Shown here: in pieces, positions 20,610 to 34,494 of the stretch | How positions within the stretch are numbered: the stretch's first letter is position 1 | Layout of the letters: the number at the start of each line of letters is the position of its first letter | Assembly: GCF_009914755.1 (NCBI RefSeq) | Contig: NC_060940.1 | Strand: one strand, 5' to 3' | DNA from: the human T2T-CHM13v2.0 reference genome, Homo sapiens | DNA: 64,000 nt | Notes under the pieces: model-generated | The model's input: only the letters and a program-made list of their open reading frames with translations | The model's database searches: none | Told to the model about the DNA's origin: nothing | Program-made: the position numbers and the translations under genes

Positions 20610-21250
20610 TAACAGGATGGTCTGATGAGTTCCAAAGAACTACAGTTAAGTATCAAGGGTCCCATCACAGCTCCTCCAGGATTAGGTAGGGTTTTGCTCT
20701 CCACCTTGCATTGCTTTTATCTGGCACACAGAGCCACCAGGTGACAACCCTTTCACTCTTCCCCTTTCCCTTGCTGATAGTACACTGGAGGTGGTTTCCT
20801 GCTCACCTTTAGGAAATATTGGATGGGGAGGTGATCAAACACCAGGATGTTTAAAACCCAGCTTCTTCAGCATTTATCAGCAGATACTGAAGACAGAGAG
20901 CCACAAGTTCACAAGAAGGTGAAAGGGTTCTTCCAGAACAAAGGGCAAAGGTAGCAATAACGGGTAATTTATCCTGCCATGCCTGATAACATTCCCCCCA
21001 ACAGGGTCAGAATCAATGAGAGGAGAGAGGAGAAATTCTGCTTAAAAATAAATGAATGCATAAGTCAGTCTCTCTGTCTGCTGTCTGTCTCTCTCTCTCC
21101 CCCTCTTGTCAGTGGTTGGACTAAGCTGTTACCTGGCAGGTATGGTCTCAGGTGTGGCATGTGGCCAATAAAACTGCCTCCAATTCTGCCTTCCAATTGT
21201 TCTTACCTTAATTGACACAGCAGCCATAATGCAGACATCAAAGGTTGAAT
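20610..21250. mobile_element. Possible old LTR-like insert within L2, family not recognised
   Basis: Interrupts L2-like sequence; AATAAA followed by ...ttgacaca near 21166-21218. Confidence 0.25.
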
Positions 21251-21259
21251 TGCACAACC

Positions 21260-22395
21260 AGTTATTTAATTACCTTTGTGATAATGCCAGAGAAGTCCGG
21301 GGTCAAGGAATTCATACAACAGGGGTCAGGTGAGGCTTTCCCGAGAACATCTGAGAGCTCTGAGCAAGGAGCAGGAATTAAATACACAGAGGGGCTCACA
21401 TAGAGGGTGAGGGTGAACGTGTGCAGAGAAGACTTTGTGACTGGGCGTGTGGTTTGGGGAACTGGAGAATGGCTGATGAGGATGAAGTTCAGAGACTGGG
21501 TGGGAGAATGAGGTCAGAGGAGACTGCTATATGTGATGGGGGCCGTGACCATGAAGGGTCCCCTGGGTCATAGCGAGGAGGTTCATCTTTATCCTCAGAG
21601 CAATGAGAACCCACGGACAGACAAAGCCAGAAGGTGTTGTGACTACGCTCACATTTTGAAAAGATCATTCTGGCTGTAGAGTCGATTGGAAGAAGTCAAA
21701 GGCTGGAAGCAAGAAGACCAGTAAATATTCTACTGAAGTGAGATAAAAAATGATGGTATAGGGGACAAAAGCAAGAGTAGGAAAGAACCAGAGGAGTACA
21801 GAGAGGTCAAGGTTATTTCCGAGGTAAACCAACAGGAATTGGGAGTTGATCTTCCATGAGGGGGAGGAGGCAGAAGGCAGCAGTCCAGGTGACCTCAAGG
21901 TATCTGATGGTGCCACTCCACATCACAAACATGGGAAAGGGGCCAGGTTTGAGAGTAGGAGGGCAAGGACGGACATAGAGCATGAGCTTAGTTTTGAACT
22001 CATGGGTTTATTTGGAGGTGTCTATAAGATAGCCATGCGGAGATGAAGAAAAAGCGGTTGGGTATTTGGTCTTGAGCTCAAAAAAGCGTCGGGAAAGGAA
22101 ATTTTAATTTAGGGACCATCAGCTCAAACTGGTCACTGAAGTCACACAAGTAGATGAGGTATCCTAGAGGGAATGGAGTGTGAAGATAAAAGAAACCAGA
22201 ACCGAGACTTGAGGAACTACAAAATTTAAAGACTAAGTTGGAGAAAGATGTTTGTGCAAAGACAACCAAGGAGGAGAATCTGGAAAGGGTAGGAGTAACA
22301 GCTACGGGGTATAGAGTTTGAGAAGCCACAGCAAGAGGCAAAGGAGGTCACCTGTCCTCAGTGCTACAGAGAGACCAGGGAAGATGAAGACCAAA
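21260..22395 (-). mobile_element. L2 (degenerate)
   Basis: gcaatgagaacccac; tttgaaaagatcattctggctg; catgagcttagttttgaac typical of reverse L2. Confidence 0.7.
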
Positions 22396-22456
22396 AAACA
22401 AGATTATAAAAGAACTATTTTTAAATAAGGAAGAATATTATTCAACCTTTGGTTGG

Positions 22457-22843
22457 TATATTAGCCAGCTAGGGCTGCCATAAAATATACTGCAGATTGC
22501 ATGGCTGTAACAACAGAAATTTATTTTCTCACAGTTCTGGAAGCTGGTAAGTCCACGATCAAGGTTCCAGCAGGGCTGGGTTTCTGGAGAGGGCTCCCTT
22601 CCTGACTTGCAGATGGCTGCTTTGTCCCACCCTGGTCTTTCCTCTGAGTAAGCATGGAGAGACAGAGCAAGCTCTCAGGTAGCTCTTCTTGTAAGGGCAC
22701 GAATCCTATGGATCAAGACCCCACACTTATGATCTGATTTAGCCTTAATTATCTCCTTATAGGCACTGTCTCCAAATGCAGTCACATTGAGGGTTGGGAA
22801 TTCAATATATGAATTTCAGGGGGACACAAATGAGTCCATAGCA
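22457..22843 (-). mobile_element. MLT1A-type MaLR solo LTR
   Basis: agggctgccataa...ttctcacagttctggaagctgg...gggggacacaaatgagtccatagca. Confidence 0.85.
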
Positions 22844-22898
22844 GATGGAAAAGTCCCTTCTAATCATGAGGGGTGAATAAAAGGTAAAAATCAAAGCA

Positions 22899-23186
22899 GT
22901 CCCGGTGTAGTGGCTCACGCCTGTAATCCCAGCACTTTGGGAGGTAGACACAGGCAGATCACTTGAGGCCACGAGTTCAAGAGCAGCCTGGCCATCATGG
23001 TGAAACCCCATCTTTACTAAAAATACAAAAATTAAATGGTCATCGTGGCGTGCGCCTGTAGTCCCAGCTACTCAGGAGACTGAGACAGGGGAATTGCTTG
23101 AACCTGGGAGGCAGAGGTTGCAGTGAGCAGAGATGGTCCAGCCTGGGCGATAAAGTGAGACCCTCACTCGAAAAAAAAAAAAAAAA
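22899..23186 (+). mobile_element. AluS
   Basis: Full dimer with A tail. Confidence 0.9.
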
Positions 23187-23262
23187 TGGGAAAACATTGA
23201 AATATGTGGCCATATAAAAATGTTAACTTTCTACGTTTTATAACTTCATAACAGAATCATAA

Positions 23263-23808
23263 CATGTTCTGGTTTTAGTGTTCTACTGTGTAACACATAT
23301 CCCCCAAACTTAGTAGCTTACAAGAATTTTATTGTGAGCACATATTCTGTGGATAATTATTTTGGACTGGGCATAACAGGATTGGCTTGTTTCTGCTCCA
23401 TGACATCTGGATCTTCAGTGAGAATACTCAAAGGCTGCATATGACTTGATAGGTAGGGGCTGGAATCATGTAAAGGTGGCTTTGTTCACGTCTCGCTGGT
23501 GATGCTGCCTGTGGCTGGGATCACAGCTGGGAATGTCACAACTAGAATGCCTACACATGGTCTCTCTGTATAGTCTGGGCTCCTTACAGCATGGCCACCT
23601 CAGAATAGTCACAATTCCCATATGGCAGATTAGGGTACCACAGGAGAGTGCTCCAGCGAACAAGGCAGAAGCCGCACACATTTTCTTACCTAGGCTTAGA
23701 AATTACAAGTTGAGTCTCAGGCCTGCTCAGATTCAAATGGAGGTGACATCAACTCACATCTCTAGGGCAGAAGTGTTAAGACCATCTTTGGAAAATACAA
23801 TCTGCCAC
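23263..23808 (-). mobile_element. MLT1F/G/H-type MaLR LTR
   Basis: ctgtgtaaca...cccaaacttagtagctta...ggggctggaatc...cctacacatggtctctc...aatctgccac. Confidence 0.75.
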
Positions 23809-24544
23809 GTAAGGTAAATGAAAAACATGACAATTTAAAAAGTGAAACAAATGACAAATAGGTAAATAAACCTTTTATAATATATAAAAAACCACAAAAA
23901 AATGTTGACGTCACCAATAAAAAATTAGAAAAGGACATAAACTGGCAAGCCACTCAAGAAGAAAACAAATAATTATATGTTCATTTTGGCAATTTATCCA
24001 ATGAAAATAATTATGTGCACAAGGAATTAGATACATCCATATTTACTGTAGCAAGGCAATTAATAGCCAAAAATTTTTTAAAGAATTTCCAACAATAACT
24101 GATGAAATAAACTTTTTCCATCCCTACAATAGGAAGCCTATTCAGCCGTTAAAATAGAAAAAAAGTCAATGTTATAGAAAGATATTCATAGTATTTTACT
24201 GAGGGAAAAATAGCAGAATATAAAATATGATTTCATAGAAGACATATGTAGAAAAAAATAAGAATTATATAAACCAAAATATAAATGGTAACATACATTG
24301 ATTTTTTTCTTTTTGCTTATTGTAATTTCAAATTTTTCTACAATAAAAGGTATTGCTTTTATTTTCACAACAAACAAAATTCTTCTAAAACATATTAATG
24401 AAATAAAATAAAAATAAGAGTTTTATCACAAATAAGTAATTCAAAACAAAATTGTTTAAGACTGCCAAAATATTATACAATGCTATTGGATAATTATGTT
24501 AATCAATTTTTATTGTTTTAATCCCAAAAACAATAAAAAAATAG

Positions 24545-24546
<2 letters not shown>

Positions 24547-24581
<35 letters not shown>
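24547..24581. repeat. (GT)n microsatellite
   Basis: about 17 units seen directly. Confidence 0.95.
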
Positions 24582-24582
<1 letters not shown>

Positions 24583-25051
24583 ATGTGCATGGCTGAGGGT
24601 GGCAGGGGATAGAAGTTCAGAGGACAGAAAGGGGTAGGTAAAGCCAGATTGATAAGACGTGCTAATTGTTGAAGCTGGGTAATGGATTCACATGAAATTA
24701 TTATATTTACCTGTATGTATTTTTGAAAAATCCCATAATAATCTAAAGAAACTCTAAGAGAGCTCTGGGATGAGAGAAAAACTGATAAATATTCAAAGGA
24801 AGGAATATTTCTTTTGACAGTCGAGCCAACTTTTGAGTAAAATGTTGCTTTACAATTGAAAAAATAAAAATGAAAAACACTAGATGCAAAAAGCCTGGAA
24901 GTAAACCATACCTGTTTCAAAATAGGAACACGGTTAAGTATATTTTTGGAATTACTGTCAGCAGGCACATATTTTGCTTATGAAGACTATGAAAAAGTAA
25001 ACTAATTCAACTACTCAGACTTTCTCTCCCATCCACCTAAAAGTGTCCTAC

Positions 25052-25465
25052 AGCGATGGTTTTATGTGTCAACACTTGACTAGGCCATGGACTGCCGAGC
25101 TAGCTGGTTAAACATTATTTCTGGGTGTGTCTACAAGGGTGTATCTGGGAGAGATTAGCATGTTCCTCAATGTGGAGGCGGTATCATCCAATCTTTTGAG
25201 GGCATATATAGAACAAAATGGCAGAGGAAGGTTGAATTTGCCCTCTCATGCTGACTGCTTAGCTGGGACATCAGTCTTCTCCTGCCCTCAGCACTCCTGG
25301 TCCTCCTGCCTCCAGACTAAACTGGAAGCTACAGTGTTAGCACTGTCTCTCTCTGGCTCTCAGATCTTTGAACTACACTCTAGTTTGCCTGGATCTCCAA
25401 CTCGTAGACGACAGATGGGATTTCTCATATAATTGGTTCTGTTTATCTAGAGAACCCTAACACAA
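25052..25465 (+). mobile_element. MLT2 (ERVL) solo LTR
   Basis: ttttatgtgtcaac...ttaaacattatttctgggtgtgtc...ttggttctgtttatctagagaaccct. Confidence 0.85.
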
Positions 25466-25470
25466 ATTTC

Positions 25471-25813
25471 TGTCTTAGATCAGGCTGCTATAACAAAATA
25501 CCACAGACTAGGTGGTTTCGACAATATGAATTTTTTCTCACAGTTCTAGAGGCTGGAAGTCCAAAGTCAAGGCAGATCCAGTGTGTGGAGAGGGACCTGG
25601 TTTGCAGATGGCTGTCTTGTAGAGATCTGGTTTGCAGAGATAATAATCATCCCTGTTGTGTCTCTTCTTATAAGAGCACTAATCCCATTCATAGGGGCTC
25701 CACCCTTATGATCTAATTACCTCCCAAAAGCCCCACCTCCAAATACCATCACACTGGGGATTAGGCTTCAACATATGAATTTGGGGGGATACAAGCATTT
25801 AGTCCATACTACA
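25471..25813 (-). mobile_element. MLT1A/MSTD-type MaLR solo LTR
   Basis: tgtcttag...ggctgctataacaaaatacc...cactaatcccattcat...caacatatgaatttgggggg. Confidence 0.85.
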
Positions 25814-26440
25814 AACCTTGTACTTTCATTACATCTAGTTTCATCTTTTTCTCTTCTGCTGAGTAATATCACATGGTTTCTCCCTCATATTTAAATCTTT
25901 ACCTGTAAGTTTTCAGATAGTGTTTTTAAATACTTGAAAAAATAATGTTATTAAAGAAGAGTAATGTGTCCAGAATAAAATGCAGACCTGGCTACGCTGG
26001 AGAATTCTATAGAATTCTCAGAATTCTGCTTTTCTTGGCCATGACCTCATTCAAACTCAAATCTGGTATCTGGAGGTAAAAACTGATTCATTAATCTCTT
26101 TCCAAAGCTCTACTTAAATTATGTTCAAACTGTCCTATTCTCGTCAATTCAGAGGAAAAATGCAAATGACTAAAATGAAAAAATTGTTCAGCACTCAACT
26201 AATCAAAGAAATGCAAATTAAAACAAGGTAATATTTTTCATCTATCAAATTTGCAAATGTTTTTTAAATGCCAATATGAGATGTTGACAAAGGTGAGATA
26301 CAACTCACATAATAGTGCTCACGGTAGCACAAACTGAAAAATGTATTCACAAAATAGAACAAGAGCCTTAAAAATAGCCATACCCCTTTGACCCCCTAAA
26401 TTTTCTGCTAGAAATCTTTTGTAATAAAATAATGTGATCA

Positions 26441-26761
<321 letters not shown>

Positions 26762-27061
26762 TCATGTATTATGCAAAAAAATTCAAAGCAGCAACATAAT
26801 AACAAAAAAATTGTCAACATCCTACTGACAGTTGGGTCATGGTTTTCCAGTTCTTATCAGTAGAGTCCTACAGTTAAACACAGGGGGAACCAGCAGGGTG
26901 AGAAAGTGCTCAAGTTTTTAGGACTCTGAGCTTTTATCTATTTTATGTATTGAATTCCAGTTAAGATTCATAGCTCTTTTGTCTGTTTGTTTTGCTTTGT
27001 TTCTAGTAACTGTCAGTCTACCCTGACTAGAATGTAAGATCCATGAAGAACCTATCTATGA

Positions 27062-27402
<341 letters not shown>

Positions 27403-27574
27403 CCCAGATTCTTAAAACTAAGCACAGTGCTTGGCTCGTATGGCTTATATTAGGTATTCAATAAATAGCTGTTGTTTGCTGTAGATTTAAGTATTTTTTT
27501 CCTGATTAAAAATAAAGTTGAGCTTCATCTATTCATCCCTCCTCCCCCAACCCCTGGCAACTGCTACTTGGATC

Positions 27575-27900
27575 TGATCCAGTGGAGCACAGAGGATCTT
27601 GAGGGCAGTGAAATTACTCTGTGTGACACTATAATGGTGGATATATATGAGTACATGTTTGTCCAAACCCACAAAATGTACACCACAGAAAGCGAACCCT
27701 AAAGTAAACTATCAACTCTGGGTGATAACGACCTGTTGATGTAGGCTTATCAGTGGTAATAAACGAATCACTCTGGTTGAGGGGTGTTGATAGTGAGGGA
27801 AGGTATGGATTTGGGGGACAGGGGGCATGTGGGAAATCCCTGTACCTTCCACTTAGTAAACCTGAAACTGCTCTAAAAATAATAATAAAGTCTATTTTAA
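27575..27900 (+). mobile_element. L1MC-type 3' end
   Basis: gagcacagaggat...ggcagtgaaattactctg...tttgtccaaacccaca...aaactgctctaaaaa. Confidence 0.85.
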
Positions 27901-27943
27901 AAAGTTGAAAAGCATTATAATTAGGAGATTGACTAAAGACCAT

Positions 27944-28117
27944 GAATTGGCAAATGATAGCCTGTGGGCCAAACCTGGCCACAGGCTGTTTTTGTAAATA
28001 AAGTTTTATTGGGACACAGCCACTCACACCCATTCATTTACATATCGTCTATGGTTGTCTCTGTGTTGCAACAGCAGAACTGGGTAGCTGCAACAGAAAT
28101 TATGTGGCTCACAAAAC
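27944..28117. mobile_element. MER58A (hAT-Charlie) fragment
   Basis: ggcaaat...gtgggccaaa...tttttgtaaataaagttttattgg...cattcatttacat. Confidence 0.85.
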
Positions 28118-28125
28118 TGTGAACC

Positions 28126-28752
28126 AGCACATCTCTTCCTACCTCTATGTTCAGGGACATCTCATTGGTAACTTGAAATCAGCAGTAGGATTATTTATAC
28201 CATGGGAACTGGTAAATGCTACAAGTCAGGGCTTGATTTATTGTTTTGTTAGTTTTCTAGGCTTAAAAAAGTGAAGGTGAAAAATGTTAATTACACAGAT
28301 TAAAATTAAGTGAATGTTGGGTCTGTAGGTATGATAGCATAAAAAATTAAGAAAATATTCTTCTAGTATTCAAAACTATTATCCAATTAGAAAAAGTAGT
28401 CACTCCTTATTACTGGCATACATATATTTTTGGTTGTTTCACCTTCATCTTACTAATTAACATAAAAGTAAATATCAACCAACATTTATGTTGGAATTAC
28501 ACTTGCTGGTCAATTGCAATAACAGGTTGGCTATAGACAAGAATTGGTTACAAATCAGCAAAGGCATCCTGCTATCAATTGGTTATACGGAATTTACAAT
28601 GAAGAGTATTGCATACTTTATCATTATTTGTAAATTGTGTGTTACACATCCTTTAAATCAGCAATATTGATAGTAAACATCAAATAAATAGCATATACAT
28701 ACATACACTCTCCCAGGGAACTGGTTGTTAAACATTTACCAGCACACCTCTG
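28126..28752. mobile_element. MER63 (hAT-Blackjack), one end missing
   Basis: gctacaagtcagggcttgatttattgttttg...ggaatttacaat...ggttgttaaacatttaccagcacacc. Confidence 0.85.
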
Positions 28753-29884
28753 CTGAAAAATATTTTTCAGTAGAAGGTTATCAAAATAAACGTGATTTGC
28801 AAATCTAGCCACAGCTGAAGCCATCAAAGAGGTAAAGGGACGGAGGCACAATGCAAAAATATGAAGGCAAAGTGGAAAAGTACCTCTTTCTAAGTAGGGC
28901 TAACAGGGAGTAAGCAACTGATGTTTTGTGCCCTATGTGGAGGGAAACTGTATGCTATTAATTGTTCATCTGTCACGTTCTGCCACATGCAGAGAAAGTA
29001 AGAAATTTGAGAACAAGAAGGTCAAAAGACTATCTCTATAATTAATTTAACAAGCAAATTAAGGTGCACACATTTCTAGAGGCTAAGACAGACAGAAGTG
29101 GATTCCTACAGCATTCCCCAGATTTTCTGAACCCTCTGCTATTCATCCAATAAACTGCACTCTTTCGTCCCTAATTTGATTTCCATTTAATGTGTTAAAC
29201 CTGATTCCCTTGCATGTAAACAGTGCTTTATACTTTTCAAATATAATTATATTATTATCTCCCTTGATCCTCACAACAATTTTACGAAGTAGGAATGGCT
29301 AAGTTTCAAAGGGAAAAAAATTCTTAGGGAAAACTTAGGGTTTTGTGTGCTTAACCCTGGTTCTAAAGCCAAGCTCCAGAAAAACACTACTTTCAAATTG
29401 CCTGTATTTCTTTTGAATGCACTCATATCTGGTTCCTTAAACATTTCAGCACGGCTTGGTTTCTAAAGCACTTGCCCTTTATCATTCTTCCTAAGGAAGA
29501 AGACAAAATCAGCTGGTTATAATTAACAAAAGCACAACCATTCTTTTTTAAGGCCTGGCCTCTGCCTTTGTCGTGAAATCATCTGTCAGGTTAAGAGATC
29601 ATCTCTTTTCTAGTCCTGGATGTTAATTTTCTTACTTAGTACAGATGCTTGTACACAGTAGGCGTGCAAGTAAGTTAGGTCGGAATGGTTTTCCCAGCCT
29701 ACCTGGGGTTACATGAAAAGTATGACGCTAGAGGGAAGCTCTTCAGGACTTGTCCACGACTATACAGTTCCCAAGCAACCCTATAAAGAAGGGGAGTTCT
29801 TAGTCCCTGAGAAAATGAAGTGTTTACAGTTCCTTCGCTGAGGGAGACAAGGTGTAGGCAGAGAACAGAAAGAAGGAGAGAAAA

Positions 29885-30075
29885 ACATGTATTGAATCTT
29901 TACTATACCTTCCAGGAACTTTCATAGGCTTTATCTACCAAATCTTCAAACAATCTGAAGAGGCTGCCATTTATCCCCATTTTACAGATGGAGATTCAGA
30001 GAGGTTAACTGTTTGATTAATAAGAAACTAGCTCCAGATGTATCTGTGTCTTCAGAGACCGTCCTTTACCTCTAA
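29885..30075 (-). mobile_element. MIR
   Basis: tatccccattttacagatgg...agagaggttaac. Confidence 0.65.
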
Positions 30076-30077
30076 AC

Positions 30078-30259
30078 CAGTGACTCTCAAAGTAGAGGAC
30101 TCAACCAGCAGCAGCAGCAGCCGCACCTGGGAACTTCTTAGAAACGCAAATTCTCAGGGCTCACCCCAGCCCTGCTGAATCAGAAACTATAGGGGTAGGG
30201 TCCAACACTTGGTTATAACAAGCCCTCCAGGTTATTCTGATAAACACTAAAATGTGAGA
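30078..30259. mobile_element. MER5A
   Basis: cagtgactctcaaagt...cacctgggaactt...gcaaattctcaggg...ctgaatcagaaact...aacaagccctccagg. Confidence 0.85.
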
Positions 30260-30286
30260 GATTTCTCCCTGCTCTACTACACAGGT

Positions 30287-30653
30287 TGTATTAGTCAGTT
30301 TTCAGGCTGATGATAAAGACATACCCGAGACTGGGCAATTTACAAAAGAAGGAAGTTTATTGGACTTACAGTTCCACATGGCTGGGGAGGCCTCACAACC
30401 ATGGCAGAAGTCAAGCATGAGCAAGCCACATCTTCTACGGAAGGCAGCAAACAAAAAGAAAGCTTGTACAACGCAACTCCCGTTTTTAAAACCATCAGAT
30501 CTCGTGAGAACTATTCACTCTCACGAGAAACGGCTCAGGAAAGACCCGCCCCCATAATTCAGGCATCTCCCATTGGGTCCCTCCCATAACACGTGGGAAT
30601 TATGGGAGCTACAAGATGAAATTTGGGTGGGGACACAGAGCCAAACCGTGTCA
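30287..30653 (-). mobile_element. THE1 (THE1A/B-like) solo LTR
   Basis: tgtattagtc...gacatacccgagactggg...ggggacacagagccaaaccgtgtca; 5-bp TSD caggt (30282-86 / 30654-58). Confidence 0.92.
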
Positions 30654-30990
30654 CAGGTCAACAAAGGCTTTCTGTAAAGGGCCAGATAGAAAATATTTTC
30701 GGCTTTGAGGGCCAGATGGTCTGTTTTGCAACTACTCAAAGTCGCTGTTGCGCAAAAGCAGCCACCGACAATGCATAAATAAATGAGCATGACTGTGCTC
30801 CAATAAAACTTTAATGATGGACAATGAAATCAGGATGTTATATCATTTTCATGTGTCATGAAGTGTTACCTTTCTTTTGGCCTATGTCCCCCAATCATTT
30901 AAAAAAGCAAAAAGTCATTTTAATCCCAAGGGCTATACCACACCAGGCAGCAGGCTGGATTTGGCCCTCAGGCCATAGTTTGGCAAGCAC
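30654..30990. mobile_element. MER58B (hAT-Charlie)
   Basis: ttctgtaaagggccagatag...caactactcaa...ccaataaaacttta...ggccatagtttg. Confidence 0.85.
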
Positions 30991-31104
30991 GGAAACAAGA
31001 CTACGCTACCTACTAAATGGAAACTTTTAAGCAGAGCAATGACGCAAAGACAGGACAATCTAATAGAAGGTAAAATGTTGTGAGTTACAAAATTGGCTAT
31101 GGTC

Positions 31105-31392
31105 GGCTGGGCACAGTGGCTCACACCTGTAATCCCAGCACTTTGGGAGGCCGAGGCGGGTGGATCACCCGAGGTCCGGAGTTTCAGACCAGCCTGACGA
31201 ACATGGAGAAACCCCATCTCTACTAAAAATACAAAATTAGACGGATGTGGTGGCGCATGCCTGTAATCCCAGCTATTTGGGAGGCTGAGGCAGGAGAATC
31301 ACTTTAACCCAGGAGGCAGAGGTTGCGGTAGCACCATTGCACTCCAGCCTGCGCAGCAAGAGAAAAACTCTATCTTAAAAAAAAAAAAAAAA
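31105..31392 (+). mobile_element. AluS
   Basis: Full dimer; TSD aaaattggctatggtc. Confidence 0.92.
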
Positions 31393-32107
31393 ATTGGCTA
31401 TGGTCCAATGGAGGCAGGCAGCTCATTTTGTTCTGACAATTAGAAAGGCTTACAATGAGGAGGTGACAATCTGTGTGGGCCTTGAATGATGAGTAGAAGT
31501 TCAACAGTAGAGACAATAGCTTGGGCAACAGGGTGAAGACTGGTGTATGCAGGGTACCCAGTCCAAAATGCCTGCTTCCACCCAAAATATTCCAACCTCT
31601 TGGGTTAAAAACGCTTTGGAAAATTATATTATGTAAAAAGTATGTCAATGCTCCTGTGAATACCAACCAAACTGAAGCGTCGAGAAAGGAACAAATTGCA
31701 ACAACTGAAATCACAGCCTTACATGTGAAAATCATTATCGGTGATCTCGTCTCCTCTCCCTACAGACCAAGTGTTGGAGGGAAGGTGTCTTATTTCGCAC
31801 AACAAATTATTTCTGGTTGCAAATCTGACTGTATGGTATATGCTCCCAAGTATCATACAATGCAAGAAATAATTCTCTTGAGATATTTCCTAGTTATACA
31901 AATTAGTTCCCTTGAGAATTGCTTGGTTTTTTTCCTAATTCCTTACATATCATCCAATTGAGTTGGTTATTTTCAAACACAAGAAATCCCCTTTAAGAGC
32001 ATAAATTTCAGAGACATTGTTTTCAAGTTACACGTTTTCATTAGATTTGCTTTGATACCAGCTATTAAAAGGAAACGCAATCTGCTCTGGCAGTATTTCC
32101 CAACTTC

Positions 32108-32290
32108 ATATAGCAGAGCAGTAAAGAGGCCAGGTTCCGCAGTCAAAGTCTCTGGGCTCAAAGCCCTGCTCTCCCACTTAAAAAGCTATTTGACCTTGAC
32201 AAATTACTCATCTCAGAGCTTCTGTTTTCTTAAAAACAAAGTGGGAAAAAGTAATAGTAGCCACTTCTGGTTGTGTATGTGTTTGAAAAT
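32108..32290 (+). mobile_element. MIR
   Basis: ctctcccactta...tgaccttgacaaattact. Confidence 0.7.
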
Positions 32291-33628
32291 ACAGAAAAAT
32301 AGCTCAATATATTTTGTCCACCATTATTATTTCCCAGTGATCTCTTTCCTCCAAAACTAAACAAATATGCTTTTATTTTTTAAGCTAAAATTATATTCCC
32401 TTTATGCTACCACATGATACGGTGACAAGTTTGGGACAGAACCTGACAAATAAGATCGTTCTGCTCCCTCCCTCCACCACCTGGGCCCTGCAGGGATCAG
32501 AAACTGCTTACCAAGCTAGGGGAGGTAAAGGCAGAGAAACAGAGGCAAAATTGACCATACAGCAGCAGGCCCGCTGTCGGGAGCAGGGCAGAAGTTGCAG
32601 CTTTAGGAAGGTCTGGGGTTTGGATCCCTACATGGATGGGACACATCAATGACTGAAATGAGGGTTCTTTGGGATGTAAAGTGAACTGGGTACTCATATT
32701 ATCTGAGACTGGCTGGAAAAGCTTCTAACCAGGGGCAAGAGAAGGACTCCTCTCGCAACGTGGGTAGGAGTGTGCAGAGGGGAGAATGAAATACAGTTGA
32801 TTTGATCCCACTCTATGAGGGTCAATTACATATGTATGAGCATAGATTGCATGTCTGGAGTGGGCAGGGAGATCCATGGGAAGGACTCAGGCCTTAGAGA
32901 CAAAAAGACCTGAAGCTCCACCACCCAGTAATCTGGTGGAGGGGAAGTTTTCTCAACTAAATACTGAGGACAAGGATTCGTGTGGTCATACCTAAGATGA
33001 GGGACACAGAGTTCTTTGCACCGTGCCTGTCATCCTGCAGACCAAAGAAACAACAGCTGCTCTTGGCATGAGTACCCATCTCCACTCCCATTGAGTGACC
33101 ACTTGCAAAGTGACTTTCATATTCACGAACAGGCATACCAATTGCACTGAGTGCTTTGATCTGTTGAATTACAGCCCAGCACAGCCCACTAGTGTGGTCC
33201 CCCCACCCCCCAAGTGACATTGACATTGACATTGACCTTCCTTTGCTCATGACCATTCTCCCCTCAACCGACCTATTGGTCAGGAATGACAAGTTCCTAG
33301 GGCTTGGGGATGAGACGGAGAACACACCACCCCACCCCTGCTGGGTTCGACCTCCCAATTAGGTGCTCCACAACACCCACTACTTCTTTCTTAGAGCTAC
33401 TCAGACTTTATTGCAATTGTCTCTTGAATTAAATGCATTCTCCATCCTGCGAATTCCTTCTGAAGATGGGCTGGATCTTTTATCCCTGGATCTTCACTGT
33501 CTAGCTTCTGGATTTCCCAAATGATTTAATGATATTATTCATTAAGATGTGAGAATAAACACCTTTTTAAAAAAACACATCAGCACACACTCTGTATAAA
33601 TCAACATCTGTCATTGTAAGAGTTCCCA

Positions 33629-34003
<375 letters not shown>

Positions 34004-34195
34004 TCATCACAAAACTTCTCTGCACCCAGGCACAGAGTGTGGCTGCTAACATCCCATTATGTAAAACAAATACAGGAGGCTCCCTAGAATGCCCTAAGTC
34101 ATGTCCCCCAGTGGCCAGAAACAAGCACCACCATGCCCTAGCACCTACCTCCTCTGGAAAAGATTTCAATGAAGGGAGGAATTGGTTCCACTCTT

Positions 34196-34494
34196 TTCTT
34201 TTCTTTTTTTTTCTTTTGAGACGGAGCCTTGCTCTGTCGCCCAGGCTGGAGTGCAATGGTGCAATCTCGGCTCACTGCAACCTCCGCCCCCCAGGTGCAA
34301 GTGATTCTCCTGTCTCAGCCTCCTGAGTAGTTGGGATTACAGGCACACCATGCCCGGCTAATTTTTGTATTTTTAGTAGAGACAGGGTTTCACCATGTTG
34401 GTCAGGATGGTCTTGAACTCCTGACCTCAGGTGATCCGCCCGCCTCGGCCTCCCAAAGTGCTAGGATTACAGGCATCAGCCACCATGCCCGGCC
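34196..34494 (-). mobile_element. AluS
   Basis: Full reverse dimer; TSD tggttccactcttt. Confidence 0.92.

Noticed and set aside
20734-20746. CTCF-like CCACCAGGTGACA
   Set aside because: Mismatch in the conserved GGC core and no supporting CpG context
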